From NCBI RefSeq assembly GCF_006345805.1, contig NC_042999.1, positions 33,790,001 to 33,854,000 on the forward strand: 64,000 nt of DNA, written 5' to 3'. Positions 25,978 through 37,754 of this stretch are shown here, one piece after another. A model generated the notes under the pieces. It worked only from the letters and a program-made list of their open reading frames with translations, was not told the origin of the DNA and did not search any database. This DNA is from Octopus sinensis. Taxonomy: Eukaryota. The stretch's first letter is position 1. Every line of letters begins with the position of its first letter. Position numbers and translations under genes: made by a program.

Positions 25978-26279
25978 TCTTTATATGTAAAAGTGAAGTT
26001 GTGTGTCTGTCTCCTACGATTTAGATTCCTAACTACTCCCACATTTTGCGGTGCAGTTAAACCAAAAGCGGGTATCTTATAGTCAGGATTCATATCGAGT
26101 CCCTCTGGGTATTAGCGCGCGTCTACGATGAGTCTACGATTAAAAAAAAAAACTTTACCATAATTTTTCCGCATTTTTAATGCATTTTCGCTCGGTTTAT
26201 ATAAGGGTAGTAACTCTCTATAAATGCTTATATAGTTATTCCCCTTACAAACCCGAGCAACGCTGGGTGATACTGCTAG
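25978..26279 (+). mobile_element. Non-autonomous Helitron-like element
   Basis: 5' TC, 3' hairpin acccgagcaacgctgggt followed by CTAG, inserted between A and T, no TSD. Confidence 0.75.
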
Positions 26280-26368
26280 TATATATATATATATATATTA
26301 TATATATATATATATATCCTTATGAAAGTTGAAGAGTATGCTAAGGATTCTGCTAGATCACCGCATTC

Positions 26369-26415
<47 letters not shown>

Positions 26416-26962
26416 CCTTACAGGGAATTTATAGATATTTTAATGCATAGCTACGCGTGCTTCGAGCAATTCATATGTTTCTTAAATTCATAGTCCATAT
26501 TCCTGGGATGACTACAGTAGAGCTTGTAGTACATATCGTCACCGGGAAACATATTCATTCCCTCATTTCTATGGACTCTACTGTAATCATCCCACGACTA
26601 CACGCTATGATCTTGAGAAATGTAACTAGCCTCAACAACACTTTTTAACATGCTCTTAATCTTTCATAAGGATAATATGTATATCCGAATGTGTTATGTG
26701 AGACTCACTGAATCAAATCTTCTGTAACAATAATAATATTACTTTTTTGATGTATTCTTTTTACGGACTGAGAAGAACAGTAATATGTAATTAATTTAAT
26801 TTCTAATTTTTTCCTAACATGTCATTTACATGTTAATATTGCTGTTTTAAACGATCACATGCATGGATTAAATTCTTTTCGAACTTCTAACATCTCTTCG
26901 ACATCTTTAACAGTTTGTTGAGTTTCTATAGCATACTTGTTTTATAAATTCTCATAACACAT

Positions 26963-26996
<34 letters not shown>

Positions 26997-27039
26997 GTAG
27001 TTGCATTATATATCTTAGTATGGATAGCTGACATAAGTT

Positions 27040-27133
27040 CCTTGTTTTTCCTGATGAGAAGGCGGCATAATGCACCCATTCTTCCTTCGAAATTAGAAAT
27101 ATGCAGCCTTCGAAACATATGTCGAGAATAAAG
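27040..27133 (+). ncRNA. Minimal type I hammerhead ribozyme, all core bases canonical
   Basis: CTGATGA 27051-57; stem II gaaggcggcata/tatgcagccttc (G10.1-C11.1 pair); GAAA 27112-15; stem III AC-ATAT-GT; GUC 27121-23; stem I ttttc/gagaa plus a distal ctt/aag pair. Confidence 0.85.
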
Positions 27134-27182
27134 TAATTTTGTTAAATCGTCGTTCAACTCCATTTTTTCATTTATATATATA

Positions 27183-27549
27183 CTAGCAGCATCGCCCGGC
27201 GTTGCTCGGGTTTGTAAGGGAAATAACTATAAAGCATTTTTAGAGAGTTATAACCAAAAAATGGAAAAAAAATTATGGTAAATTTTTTTTTAGTTAAAAA
27301 GGTCGAGTTGCGTCCCCTAGACAGTCTGTGGTTTGTGTTTCTGATTCTCGACCCCATGTCGAATTTATCTATTTTTTTCAGAACTGGGGGAACTTTTCAA
27401 AATTTTCGCTGCGTTAGTTTTGAATTATGACATTGGGCTATGTGTGTGTCAAGTTTCATCAGAATCGGTTGAAAGCCGTGGTCAGGGTGAGGGTACAACC
27501 TGACAGACACACAGACACACACACACAGACAAACTGCCGTTTATATATA

Positions 27550-27588
<39 letters not shown>
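27183..27588 (-). mobile_element. Non-autonomous Helitron-like element
   Basis: Minus-strand 3' end cccgagcaacgccgggcgatgctgCTAGt shared with 25978-26279; 5' TC(TA)n and a (GTCT/GT) tract. Confidence 0.75.
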
Positions 27589-27610
<22 letters not shown>

Positions 27611-28304
27611 CATACATACATACATACACATCCACACACGCACACACGCACGCACACACACACACACACGCACACACACACATATATATATATATATAGC
27701 ATAAGGAATTTATTTATTACCCCAATGTCCGATAATAAAATGTCAATTAGTAATCTACACAATGCCGCTTATGCTTTCTGAAATTATTCTACAGACACGA
27801 GAGATTAATTTAGAAAACGTCTGTGAATCAGATGTTTTCATTGCTTTCGTTTAGTTTGTCGCTATATACTTTATACTTATCACTTAATACTTCTGAGCTT
27901 CGCCTAGCTTACTATACATGTTTCAGCATTTCATGCTTGCTAACGTCGAAAAGATATTGACTAATTCAGTATTAACAATGTCAGTGTTTCATTTCCATTA
28001 CTGATATTGACCATGTGACTCCCTATCCGAGCCCATCTCTCTGAGACAGGGATGGATCGCACTTTGTTTAACCATAGCATGTACCTCAGAGAAGCAGAGC
28101 AATCTCGCTGAGTCTCTTGTCATTCATTATTTTAATTGGTATCCACAAATGCTTAGGTGTGTCAGGTACGAGATAAATTTAACTATGACAATAGTTCGTC
28201 ACTCATAGCATGTAAATCGAGATTTCCTGCTTTGCAGGTGTTATTCATTGCTGTATTCCTCAGGTGACAATATCTTTAGCAACTATGGTTTACCACAACG
28301 TTCG

Positions 28305-28515
28305 ACGTTAGCACGCCGGGCGAAATGCGTAGCCGTATTTCGTCTGCCGTTACGTTCTGATTTCAAATTCCGCCGAGGTCAACTTTGCCTTTCATCCTTT
28401 CGGGGTCGATAAATTGAGCACCAGTTACGCACTGGGGTCGATGTAATCGACTTAATCCGTGTGTCTGTCTTTGTTTGTCCTCTCTGTGTTTAGCCCCTTC
28501 GCGGGCAATAAAAAA
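28305..28515 (+). mobile_element. Family A SINE, slightly 5'-truncated
   Basis: acgttagcacgccgggcgaaatgc...gcaataaaaaaata. Confidence 0.85.
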
Positions 28516-31156
28516 ATATATATTATTTGTGTTTTCTATGAATTAAGTTCTTGTTATTCCTGATAATAAATGCTCTCATACAGACGATCCCATTCTAAAT
28601 TTCTCAGGATCCTTGCGTCCATATGCTGCATCATTTGCACATTACTAAAAACATGCAGGTCAGTTCATATCTTCAAGGATAGATTGTTCGGAAAAAGCTG
28701 TCATATACATTCAAGCATACATAAAATAAACATAGTATACCAAATAACAAAGATGGAGTGTAGAGGATTTTGTAGAAAGTAAAAAGGGTGACGGAGGCAG
28801 AACTACGTGGCAAGGGTCTAAGCTAACATACCCATAAAACACCTACGTAGAACAAGTCTCTGCAGCTGAAGAATCTTCACCTCTTTACATAATCAGATAC
28901 ACATTCATCACGATCAGGAAAGTTGCACTTTCACAAGTCTGAATAATGAGTGACGTCGGTCTATTTAGCCTAAGCATAGGACAATATTTGTATTACACAC
29001 GCGCACAAACGCATGTCAACACACACATATACACACACGCGGACGCACGCACGCACGCACTACTCACACACACATACAAACACGTACTAAAATCTAAGGC
29101 ACCATTCAAAATGAATACATTTCCCTAATTCGACTTTCACCCTTAGACGTCTAGCTTTAACTTTAATCGCTGTTAGTCTTACAAATTTGCTATACATCTA
29201 CCGCCTTCCTCGGTGTCACCCAACAATTTTACACTTTGAATCAATGCATTCGCAGTGTAACTCACAATGATATCCTCGTACTAAAAATTTGTTTAAAGAG
29301 TGCACATTAACCATTACATGCAGCTGTATATCTCATTGCATTTGTCTTCCCATCATGATTTTCCTTTTAGCTGAAAACCATCGACCGACAAGATTATCGA
29401 TACTGTTTTCAGCAAGTAACCTGCATACGAAATTAATGGTGAATTGAATTCGTTTAGTAAATATACTTACGTTTTCTGAGGGACTTTCCTAAGAAATGTT
29501 AGTGTTCATTAATCAACATTTTTTTGCTATACAGATCTAGCTGTTACCATTGGGTTAAATATTTGAACCGTGTAATCCAGCTTCCTGTGAAAGAGAGAGC
29601 AGAAATCAAACAAATAAATTTAATTAAATTTACAATATGTTGTGTATTATTTTCAGAGTAAAGTGCATTTGCATATATCTTTGTGGACGTGTTTAAAGAG
29701 AATAATTTTCCTTTTATTACCTTCAAGATGACTAGCAAAGGTTATCAAGCAACATCAAGTTAATGGATATTTATAGATTAGAATCTAGACCATGCATTTT
29801 GATTAAATATTCATGTGTCATATAAATTGATAGAAATCACAGAAAACACGCTATTTTATCTCACTTCAATAATCGTAGCTTAGAAGGATGTTGTTTCACA
29901 GCATAAATTTTATATTCACAGAAATACTGCTGAATCATGCGACTCAACATTCAATTAACATCAATCAGAATGTATATATACAACAGAAATTATTCGAGAA
30001 TAGCTTAGATGAGTTACAGAACTTAGTTACAAGTAGTCATTAAAATTATGAATATTCACGCAAAGAGAAATACTATGGCATACTTTAAGGATTAATATAC
30101 ATAGATATGTGTGTATATATGTGGTAATATATCGATATGTTTGCGAGTTTGAATACTGTGTGTGATTATGTGTGAATGTATGTTGATAGTTGTGTGTATG
30201 TGTGTGAGTATTCGTGAGATTTCCATTTGGTAAAATTCCTAACTTCTTCAGAAATTGCATTTAATATTTAAAAGTTGTAGCCCAAAGGTTGCAATACGTT
30301 GAGAATAAATTCCTACATTTTAAATACCAAATATTACATTCTTTCACATACTACATCCCTTCACAGACATACACTAATATGCACACATATATACATACCA
30401 GTATGTAAGTATATATATAGATATCTGTGCGCGCGTGTGTTTGTGTGTGTGTGTGTATGTGCGTGTGTGTGTCTGTATCTGTGTATGTGCATGTGTGTGC
30501 GCGCGTGCGTATGTGTATATGTGCATATACGTACATGTTAAATGTAAAAAGACAACTGCTCGTTATACCGTTTTAATCTGTGTGGAAACTATTCACTATC
30601 ATTGCATCCAATCAAATTTAAGCCTGCACAAGGCGTATCTACTAAATACTAGGTTAAGTAATTAGACGTATCGAAAGACACACTTTCTCTTCTAGAAATA
30701 AATATTACTAAATGATTGCATCTATTTCTTTTTGAGATGACTGCCTTATATAATCATTTTCGTAAACTATTTTCTCAAAATACTCACTTGTTTTTCTTGC
30801 AGAGATTGCAAGCGATAAGATATTTCTGATGAAGTGAACATTATATCACCGCTAGATAATAGATTATCAATGTTGTTGCTGAATATGCTAAAGAAAGAGC
30901 GGCTAAACACCTGTAAATCACAATCTAGATTCATAATTCTCAAAGGACATATATTTTGGATTATGTTATCCCAGACGGCGATAAAAATGCATACCTAGCA
31001 TTCGCGCGTTTTTCCTCCTGGGGCTTGATAACAAAAATGATAGTTATTCGTGATATCAATACATATTTTCATTGTAAATAATACGAGATTTATACTGAAA
31101 GGACTTTAAATGATGGTTAACTTTTTGTCTTTTTCCTACTATTATTATATGACATA

Positions 31157-31432
31157 AGGGCGGCTAACTGACAGAATCGTTAACATGTCGGGCAAAATGC
31201 CTAACGGCATTTCGTCCATCCTTGCGTTCAGGGACCAAATACCACTAAGGTCGACTTTGCTTTTCATCCCTTTCGGGCTCGTTCAAATAATTACCATGTG
31301 AATTGCCTTTCATCCTTTCGGGGTCGCTAAATAAACTATCAGTTTCACACTGGTGTCAATGTAATCGATTTAATCACTTTGTCCTTGTTTGTCCCCTCTA
31401 TGTTTAGCCCCTTGTAGTCAATAAAGAAATAT
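31157..31432 (+). mobile_element. Composite family A SINE (central domain present twice)
   Basis: ttttcatccctttcgggctcg followed by gcctttcatcctttcggggtcg. Confidence 0.7.
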
Positions 31433-31703
31433 ATAATCATATTTAGTAGTTTTCATTTTAACTCCAAACAAATTTGTTAACTAACTGTTAGCAAGACCGT
31501 TCACTATTTTGATTTATTACATCCGTTAATGGTTCGCAATTGTAAGCTAATTAGTAGAGTGACGATTCACTGTTTTAATTGTTATTGGAGTAATCGTTCA
31601 CAGCATTATAGTAATTATTTCCATGTATTATGCGAATCTTTCGTTGTCCCCTCCAACGAAATTGCTGGCTTAGTGCCAAAACTTGTAATCATTATTATAA
31701 TAC

Positions 31704-31860
31704 ACACGAGGGGTGCTCGAAAGTACCTGATTTTGGGGAAAGAAAATACAGGATGATCAGTTAATTATGATTTTATTCAGTATGTTCCCTTCTCAGATTT
31801 AAACACTTATTTCAGTAATCATTCGGGTTTACTAAGCCATGTAAGAAAACTAGAGGCGAG
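31704..31860 (-). mobile_element. mariner 3' end and TIR remnant
   Basis: TIR-like cacgaggggtgctcgaaagt; minus-strand KCLNLRREHTE* resembles the mariner C-terminus KCIxxxGxYxE*. Confidence 0.55.
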
Positions 31861-33003
31861 TCCGTTTACACCACACCTGGACTTTACCTTGAATGAGGGA
31901 GAAATTGACAAACCAAAATTTTGCAATTGCCCGATTTGCTACCGAAGATGCGTATGGCCGTAACTTTTGTTAGAGTCTTGTACAGATTTCTATGTGTTTT
32001 ATCTTTCTTGAAATATCTGAATTCACTACTCCCCGTTCTCGGTGCAGCCGCTTTACAGAAAATATTCCCGTAAGCAATCTCATTGCTTTCGGCGCCCATC
32101 GCTGGTTTGTAATTTATACTATTGAAAACAGTTGTAACCCTGAAAATTTGTCCCGGTTTCCTAAACATATTATCATGTTCATTCCTGTCACCAAATCGAG
32201 GGAAATCGTGGCTTCTTTCGCTTGAAACGTGTTCACCAGAGTCGAGAATACTTCTATACTTCTCACATTTCGAACTGTTGCAATTTGCATATATACCCAC
32301 TTTGCATACACATTTTGATGTCAAGTCTTCTCATTCTTTGTAATGGATTGTGACTGTACAGCAAGCTCACAATTTTTTACTTGTGTCTCCGCGCGAAACA
32401 TTTCGTTCTCTTGCTAGAAATCCCAGGTAGCTGAATTCTCCTACTGCGTTGTTTGTCCACAATGCTGCTTTCCCCTTCTTTAAACTCCTTTCATTTAATT
32501 ACAATAACTTTTTCATGTATCATGTAGATGAACACCCACCCTCCTCGCATGTCAAGAGAACAATGATTATAGTAGAAGAGGTTCACTTTAAATAACCTAT
32601 GGCAGTCAATAAAAGAACCTATACCCATTTACGAATTACCCCCGATATAAAACTGGGATACGCCCGTGTCCGGATCAATAACATCTACTGCAAAATTTGG
32701 ACTATAGCAAATTTCTAATACAACATTCTTTGAACTTCTTTCTATCAATTCCGAGTGTAGGTTCTATAATACATACGTTGCAATTGAAAAACACTATGCT
32801 TAACATTTGAGCGCTCAACGCTTTACTTTACATGCTACCTAGAGAAATATAACAGAATGTATGTCTCTCTTAGCTAAACAGATATCGACCAATGTAGTAA
32901 ATTTATAGAAACTGCTCCTGCTTTTCAGGTAAGATTACTAAAATATATGTTAAATACATTTGATTTCGCGAAATACATTGGATATAATCTTATTTAGTAG
33001 TTT

Positions 33004-33237
33004 AAGGCGGCGAGCTGGCAGAAACGTTAGCACGCCGGGCGAAATGCGTAGCCGTATTACGTCTACCCTTACGTTCTGAGTTCAAATTCCGCTGAGGTCA
33101 ACCTTTCCTTTCATCCTTTCAGGGGTCGATAAATAAAGTACCAGTCTCACACTGGGGTCGATGTAATCGACTTAATCACTTTGTCTGTCCTTGTTTGTCC
33201 CCTCTATGTTTAGTCCCTTGTGGGCAATAAAGAAATA
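33004..33237 (+). mobile_element. Family A SINE, full length
   Basis: aaggcggcgagctggcagaaacg...gggcaataaagaaata. Confidence 0.9.
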
Positions 33238-33649
33238 TATAATCATATTTAGTAGTTTTCATTTTAACTCCAAACAAAATTGTTAACTAACTATTTGAGA
33301 GACCGTTCACTATTTTGATTTATTACATCTGTTAATGGTTCGCAGTTGTAAGCTAATTAGTAGAGTGACGATTCACTGTTTTAATTGTTATTGGAGTAAT
33401 CGTTCACAGCATTATAGGAATTATTTCCATGTATTATGCGAATCGTTCGTTGATTTAAATTAATGACTTGATATTTGGATTTTTTCTATAATAGGCTGTT
33501 CTGAGTAGAAGCAATAGACAAAATATATGCTACACGTAGTACACCAGCTAAGAAAAAAGAAAAATTAAACTGGACACGACGAAATTTGTGATTTAAATTC
33601 AATAAACGCATGATGATAGGCAGTTTTTATGATACTTGTTCAATGCTAA

Positions 33650-33955
33650 GGTCTGTGAAAACGCTTGGTTTCGTGATTAGCGTAATCGGCTCACGATCGT
33701 TAGGTCGGCAGTTCGATTCCCAGCAACGAATTGAACTAGGTATTTTATATCACACTGCTCTAGTAATGAGCTGTATCTGTAATTGAAAGGGCCAGCCTTT
33801 TCGCAATCCGTGTCACGCTGAATTTCTATGAGAACTGCGTTAAGGGTCTGTGTATCTGTGGAGTTCCCAGTCACGTACACGTTAATTTCAGGAGGAAGTA
33901 ATTCCATTGATTGGATCAACTGGGACCCTCATCGTCGGAACCGACGGAGTGCCAG
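33650..33955 (+). mobile_element. Degenerate family C2 SINE
   Basis: tRNA-like gttcgattccc; tail gtgtcacgctgaat...acgttaatttc...cgtcggaaccgacggagtg homologous to 54020-54417. Confidence 0.7.
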
Positions 33956-34675
33956 TTATTTAAGCTAACCTTTAATATACGATATTTTTAAATATATAAA
34001 CCCATGTCTTAGAACAATTATATATGTTTTTCTCTTCGAGGTTTTTTGGCAGCATTGCTCAATGAAGAAAACATAAGAGCCCAAAGCCTGGGATTTCTAG
34101 CAAGAGAACGAAATGTTTCGCGCGGAGACACATCTGAAATGTGAGCGTATAGAGTTACATTAATATATTATCAGTACTTCGACTTGCAGTTAAGGCAAGA
34201 TTATATAACAATGTGCTTGTTTAATATTATCATTAAGATTAATATTATCATAAAGGCTAAATAAACTGAACTGAAAATATATATATTGAATTACTTGTGT
34301 TTATTGTGAACTATAACCGATTTTTATACATTCACGAAAATATTTGCAATAGTGATGAAATATACATCCATTAATAAAGAACTGATTTATTTGAAAACCT
34401 CGAGCAAGACGAATTAGATATGATATCAGAACAACGAATATATCCGAATCCCCTTGTTATTCACTAGGTTAATGCAACATTTTCGCTTGACGAAAGTATC
34501 ACGTGCACTCTGACGTGATCACTTACATAAAAATCGCGGACATATAATGAATCGTTACAAATTCCTTGGATTAAATTAGATTTTGATTTCGTTATCGTGC
34601 ATATGATCACGCGATCCTGTCACCCATGTTGTGTGAAGTGATAATAAATTACAGCTAGTTCTGTTTGTTGCTAAT

Positions 34676-35070
34676 ACTCTTTTACTCGTTTACTTGTTTC
34701 TGTCATTTGACTGCCGCCATGCTGGAGCATCGCATTTAGTCGAGCAAATCGACCCCAGGAATTATTCTTTGTAAGCCTACTACTTATTCTAGCGGAATAA
34801 GTACTAAGTTACGGGGACGTAAGCAAACCAGCATCGATTGTCAAGCGATATTGGAGGGACAAACATAGACACACAAACACACACACACATATATATATAC
34901 ATATATACTATGGGCTTCTTTCAGTTTCCGTCTACCAAATCCACTTATAAGGCTTTGGTCGGCCCGAGGATATAGAAGAAGGCAATTGCCCAAGATGCCA
35001 CGCAGTGGGACCGAACCCAGAACCATGTGGTTGGAAGCAAGCTACTTACCCCGCAGCCACTCCTGCGCCT
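34676..35070 (-). mobile_element. Family B SINE
   Basis: Colinear with the other family B copies. Confidence 0.9.
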
Positions 35071-35232
35071 ATATATTACTATATATATATGCTAATATGT
35101 GACTTATAAAACATGTAATATATTAATAAATATCTGTAAATAGAAAACCATGCAGATTTCTGAGTACCTTATTTCTTCTAATTTATAATCCCTGTACATC
35201 ATCTCCATACATTCTAATATATATATATAGAT

Positions 35233-35272
<40 letters not shown>

Positions 35273-35350
35273 TGGATAGATAAATAGATAAATAGATGCA
35301 TTCATACATACATGCACATATATTCATACGTACATGCATACATATATATA

Positions 35351-36150
35351 CAGGAGGGTACCCAAAAGTAATCGACATCTATGATTATTAATTTATTCAC
35401 TTAGTTTTACATGTTTACTCATATATTGCCTTCAAATTATTCTCTATTTGAAACAATGCATCAGTCCAGCCTCGTTTTCCATCATTCCAAGCAGTGGTGG
35501 AATTCTGCGAAGTGGTGCCATGTAACGTCTCCGTTGTTTTTTCCCTCATCTCTTCCACATCTGTAAATTCCGTTGTACCAGATTTCGTCACATGTGACAA
35601 CCTTTCAAATGTTCTTTCATCTCACAACACGCTTCCGTGATTAAGAGAGGCATGCATTTTACCGTAACACGTTTCATTCCTAAGTCCACACTCAAAATTC
35701 GTTTATAGAAACTCCAGGACACACCAGCCATAACAACAAGTCTGTGAATTATTGGGTGACGGTCATACAAGATCAGATCATGAATTTCATGATGTTTTCA
35801 TTTGTTCTGGTGGATAACGGTCAGAAGTGATCATTCCTAAAGTGTGAAAACGACCCGCAAACTTGTTTTGCTCATGCTAGCATCTTTGTAAGCCGTTTGA
35901 AGCAACTGCAGCAGACAACAGAATATCTCGGAAGCACACCGTTCCGTAGTTCCAGCCATCCCAAAATTCGAAGAAGATGGGAGAAGAGCTTTAAGACAAA
36001 GACGCGCTAGTAGCAGTACGACGTTACCGGACGAGGCCAGTCGGTATACTCATACTGAAGGTCGCATCAGATAGTTTCTAGAGGGGGAATCCTGAGCTAC
36101 AACGGGCTTGTTCTGCAGAGAAAGTTTCAGGATATTTTGGGGTACCTCCA
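35351..36150 (-). mobile_element. Internally deleted mariner with both TIRs
   Basis: TIRs caggagggtacccaaaa / ttttggggtacctcca; ILSVDLGMKRVTVK motif and a C-terminal remnant. Confidence 0.75.
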
Positions 36151-36163
36151 TACACACACACAC

Positions 36164-36258
<95 letters not shown>

Positions 36259-36291
36259 TATATATATTATATATATATATGAATAAAGTGA

Positions 36292-36784
36292 CAGCTCTGA
36301 CCGGTTCATATGGTTAGCCAGTGTTTCGAATGTAATTCTCGATTGTTGGGGGCGAATTCTCCATGCACAATGCCACATTTCCGCAGTTGACACTTGTTAT
36401 AGGACTTCCATATCGCGCATTGTCTTCCACATACGTTCTTCCGCTTTCGAAGCGCCCGTGCCATGCGAAAGGTTGCGTACCACCCATTGCCTGGTCGCCG
36501 TAAGCTTGCCAAAGCATGCTCAATGTCTCTATAGCAAACTTTTCACGTTTAAAGCACAATTTCACGTTCGTTCTTTGTTACTCTCCATGAACAAAATCTC
36601 AGATTATAACAACACGGGATCAGTAAAAAAAACAAATTTCACAACTTGCGAAGTAAACATAACGATGTCACTCGGCACACTCCCTCATAAAGGCCACTCC
36701 TAACTCTCACTGAGCATGGAACCGTGCGTTGTCATCTGATGGCGCACTACAGAACTATTCCGGGAAGTTTCTGATACCACCTCG
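36292..36784 (-). mobile_element. mariner 5' fragment (TIR and HTH region)
   Basis: TIR tacgaggtggtatcagaaa; KLCFKREKFAIETLSMLWQAYGDQAM...WHGRFESGR...EDNARYG. Confidence 0.85.
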
Positions 36785-37754
36785 TATGTTCGACAATAAT
36801 ATAGTTAATATAGTAATTGAAATAGGTTCCATTCATTCTAAAATGCAATAAAAATAATATTCATAAATTAAGATATATATTTCGATAACAGATTTAGATT
36901 CTGTCAAGCTGTCATCCAGACACTCAATCATTTTGCCTGAAGTATCAGTACTAAATTTTTATTCTAAATATGTTTTACGAATCTTATTAACTTCCATGTA
37001 CGGATTTGGCTCAGCCTTCGTTTGTTTAGATTATAGCCTTGTTCCTTCAAATAAGAAATAGCATGCACGCGGCATTGTGGGTAGGGCTTTGCTATATTAT
37101 TGTAATTGGTCTATGTTAATACGCTACGCAAGCAAGGTAGCAAGCTGGTAGTTTAGTTAACACGACGGACAAAATGTTCAGTGACATTTCATCCGTTCTT
37201 CCTTTTTGAAGTCAAATTCCAGTACAGTTGAATTTGCCTTTCACCTATTGGTGAGTCTATAAGATAAGTATCAGTTTAGCACTGGGGTCGATGTAATCGA
37301 CTTGCCCGTCCAGCTTTATATATATAAAACTTTGTTTGCAGTTAAGGCAAATAGCATTCTTCGTCTCTCAACGGAATAATTAGCAGTTTTCTTTTCATCG
37401 CTCATTTTCCAGCAAAGTAACTATATATAGTCATTTAACGATAGTCATACACATGCCTCAGTATTGCTTATGACTAGTGGTGAAACTAACAATATGATAT
37501 TAGAATACATGTAGGGAGTAAATATATATTTTTAAAAAAGGGAAGGAGATACAAGAATACAAATGAGGAACAGGTATGAACTTTTACACAATGTTCCTTT
37601 TCTAAAATAAGGTATGGTGTATTTCCCCTCATCTCATACTTTGTATTCTGAGGTATTGGACTATATAATCTCGTGCATGTATTACAAAGAAATTATATGA
37701 ATGCCATACTATAGTATCCTTTATTGGAATAAAATGACTTATTATACATATATA

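Larger units (their letters stand above)
25550..27150. repeat. Nested ~1.6-kb inverted repeat with insertions in the left arm
   Basis: 25675-25972 mirrors 26680-26965; 26315-26345 mirrors 26645-26675; 26478-26529 mirrors 26569-26625. Weaker mirror between 25560-25600 and 27095-27140. Confidence 0.8.
32360..34150. repeat. Inverted pair with an identical 45-bp core (32383-32427 and ~34088-34132)
   Basis: gtgtctccgcgcgaaacatttcgttctcttgctagaaatcccagg and its exact reverse complement; weaker similarity in the flanks (gctcac, caatgctgc). Confidence 0.85.

Noticed and set aside
26494-26630. Possible exon PYSWDDYSRACSTY...SFPHFYG (CD36-like word)
   Set aside because: The sequence is the apex of the large palindrome, which explains it better, and motif spacing and flanks do not fit CD36.
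28200-28270. Minus-strand CTGAGGA...GAAATCTCGATT, plus isolated CTGANGA words at 28866, 37983, 40984, 46220, 48470 and 57267
   Set aside because: No convincing helices or NUH site in the right spacing; a 7-mer like this is expected by chance.
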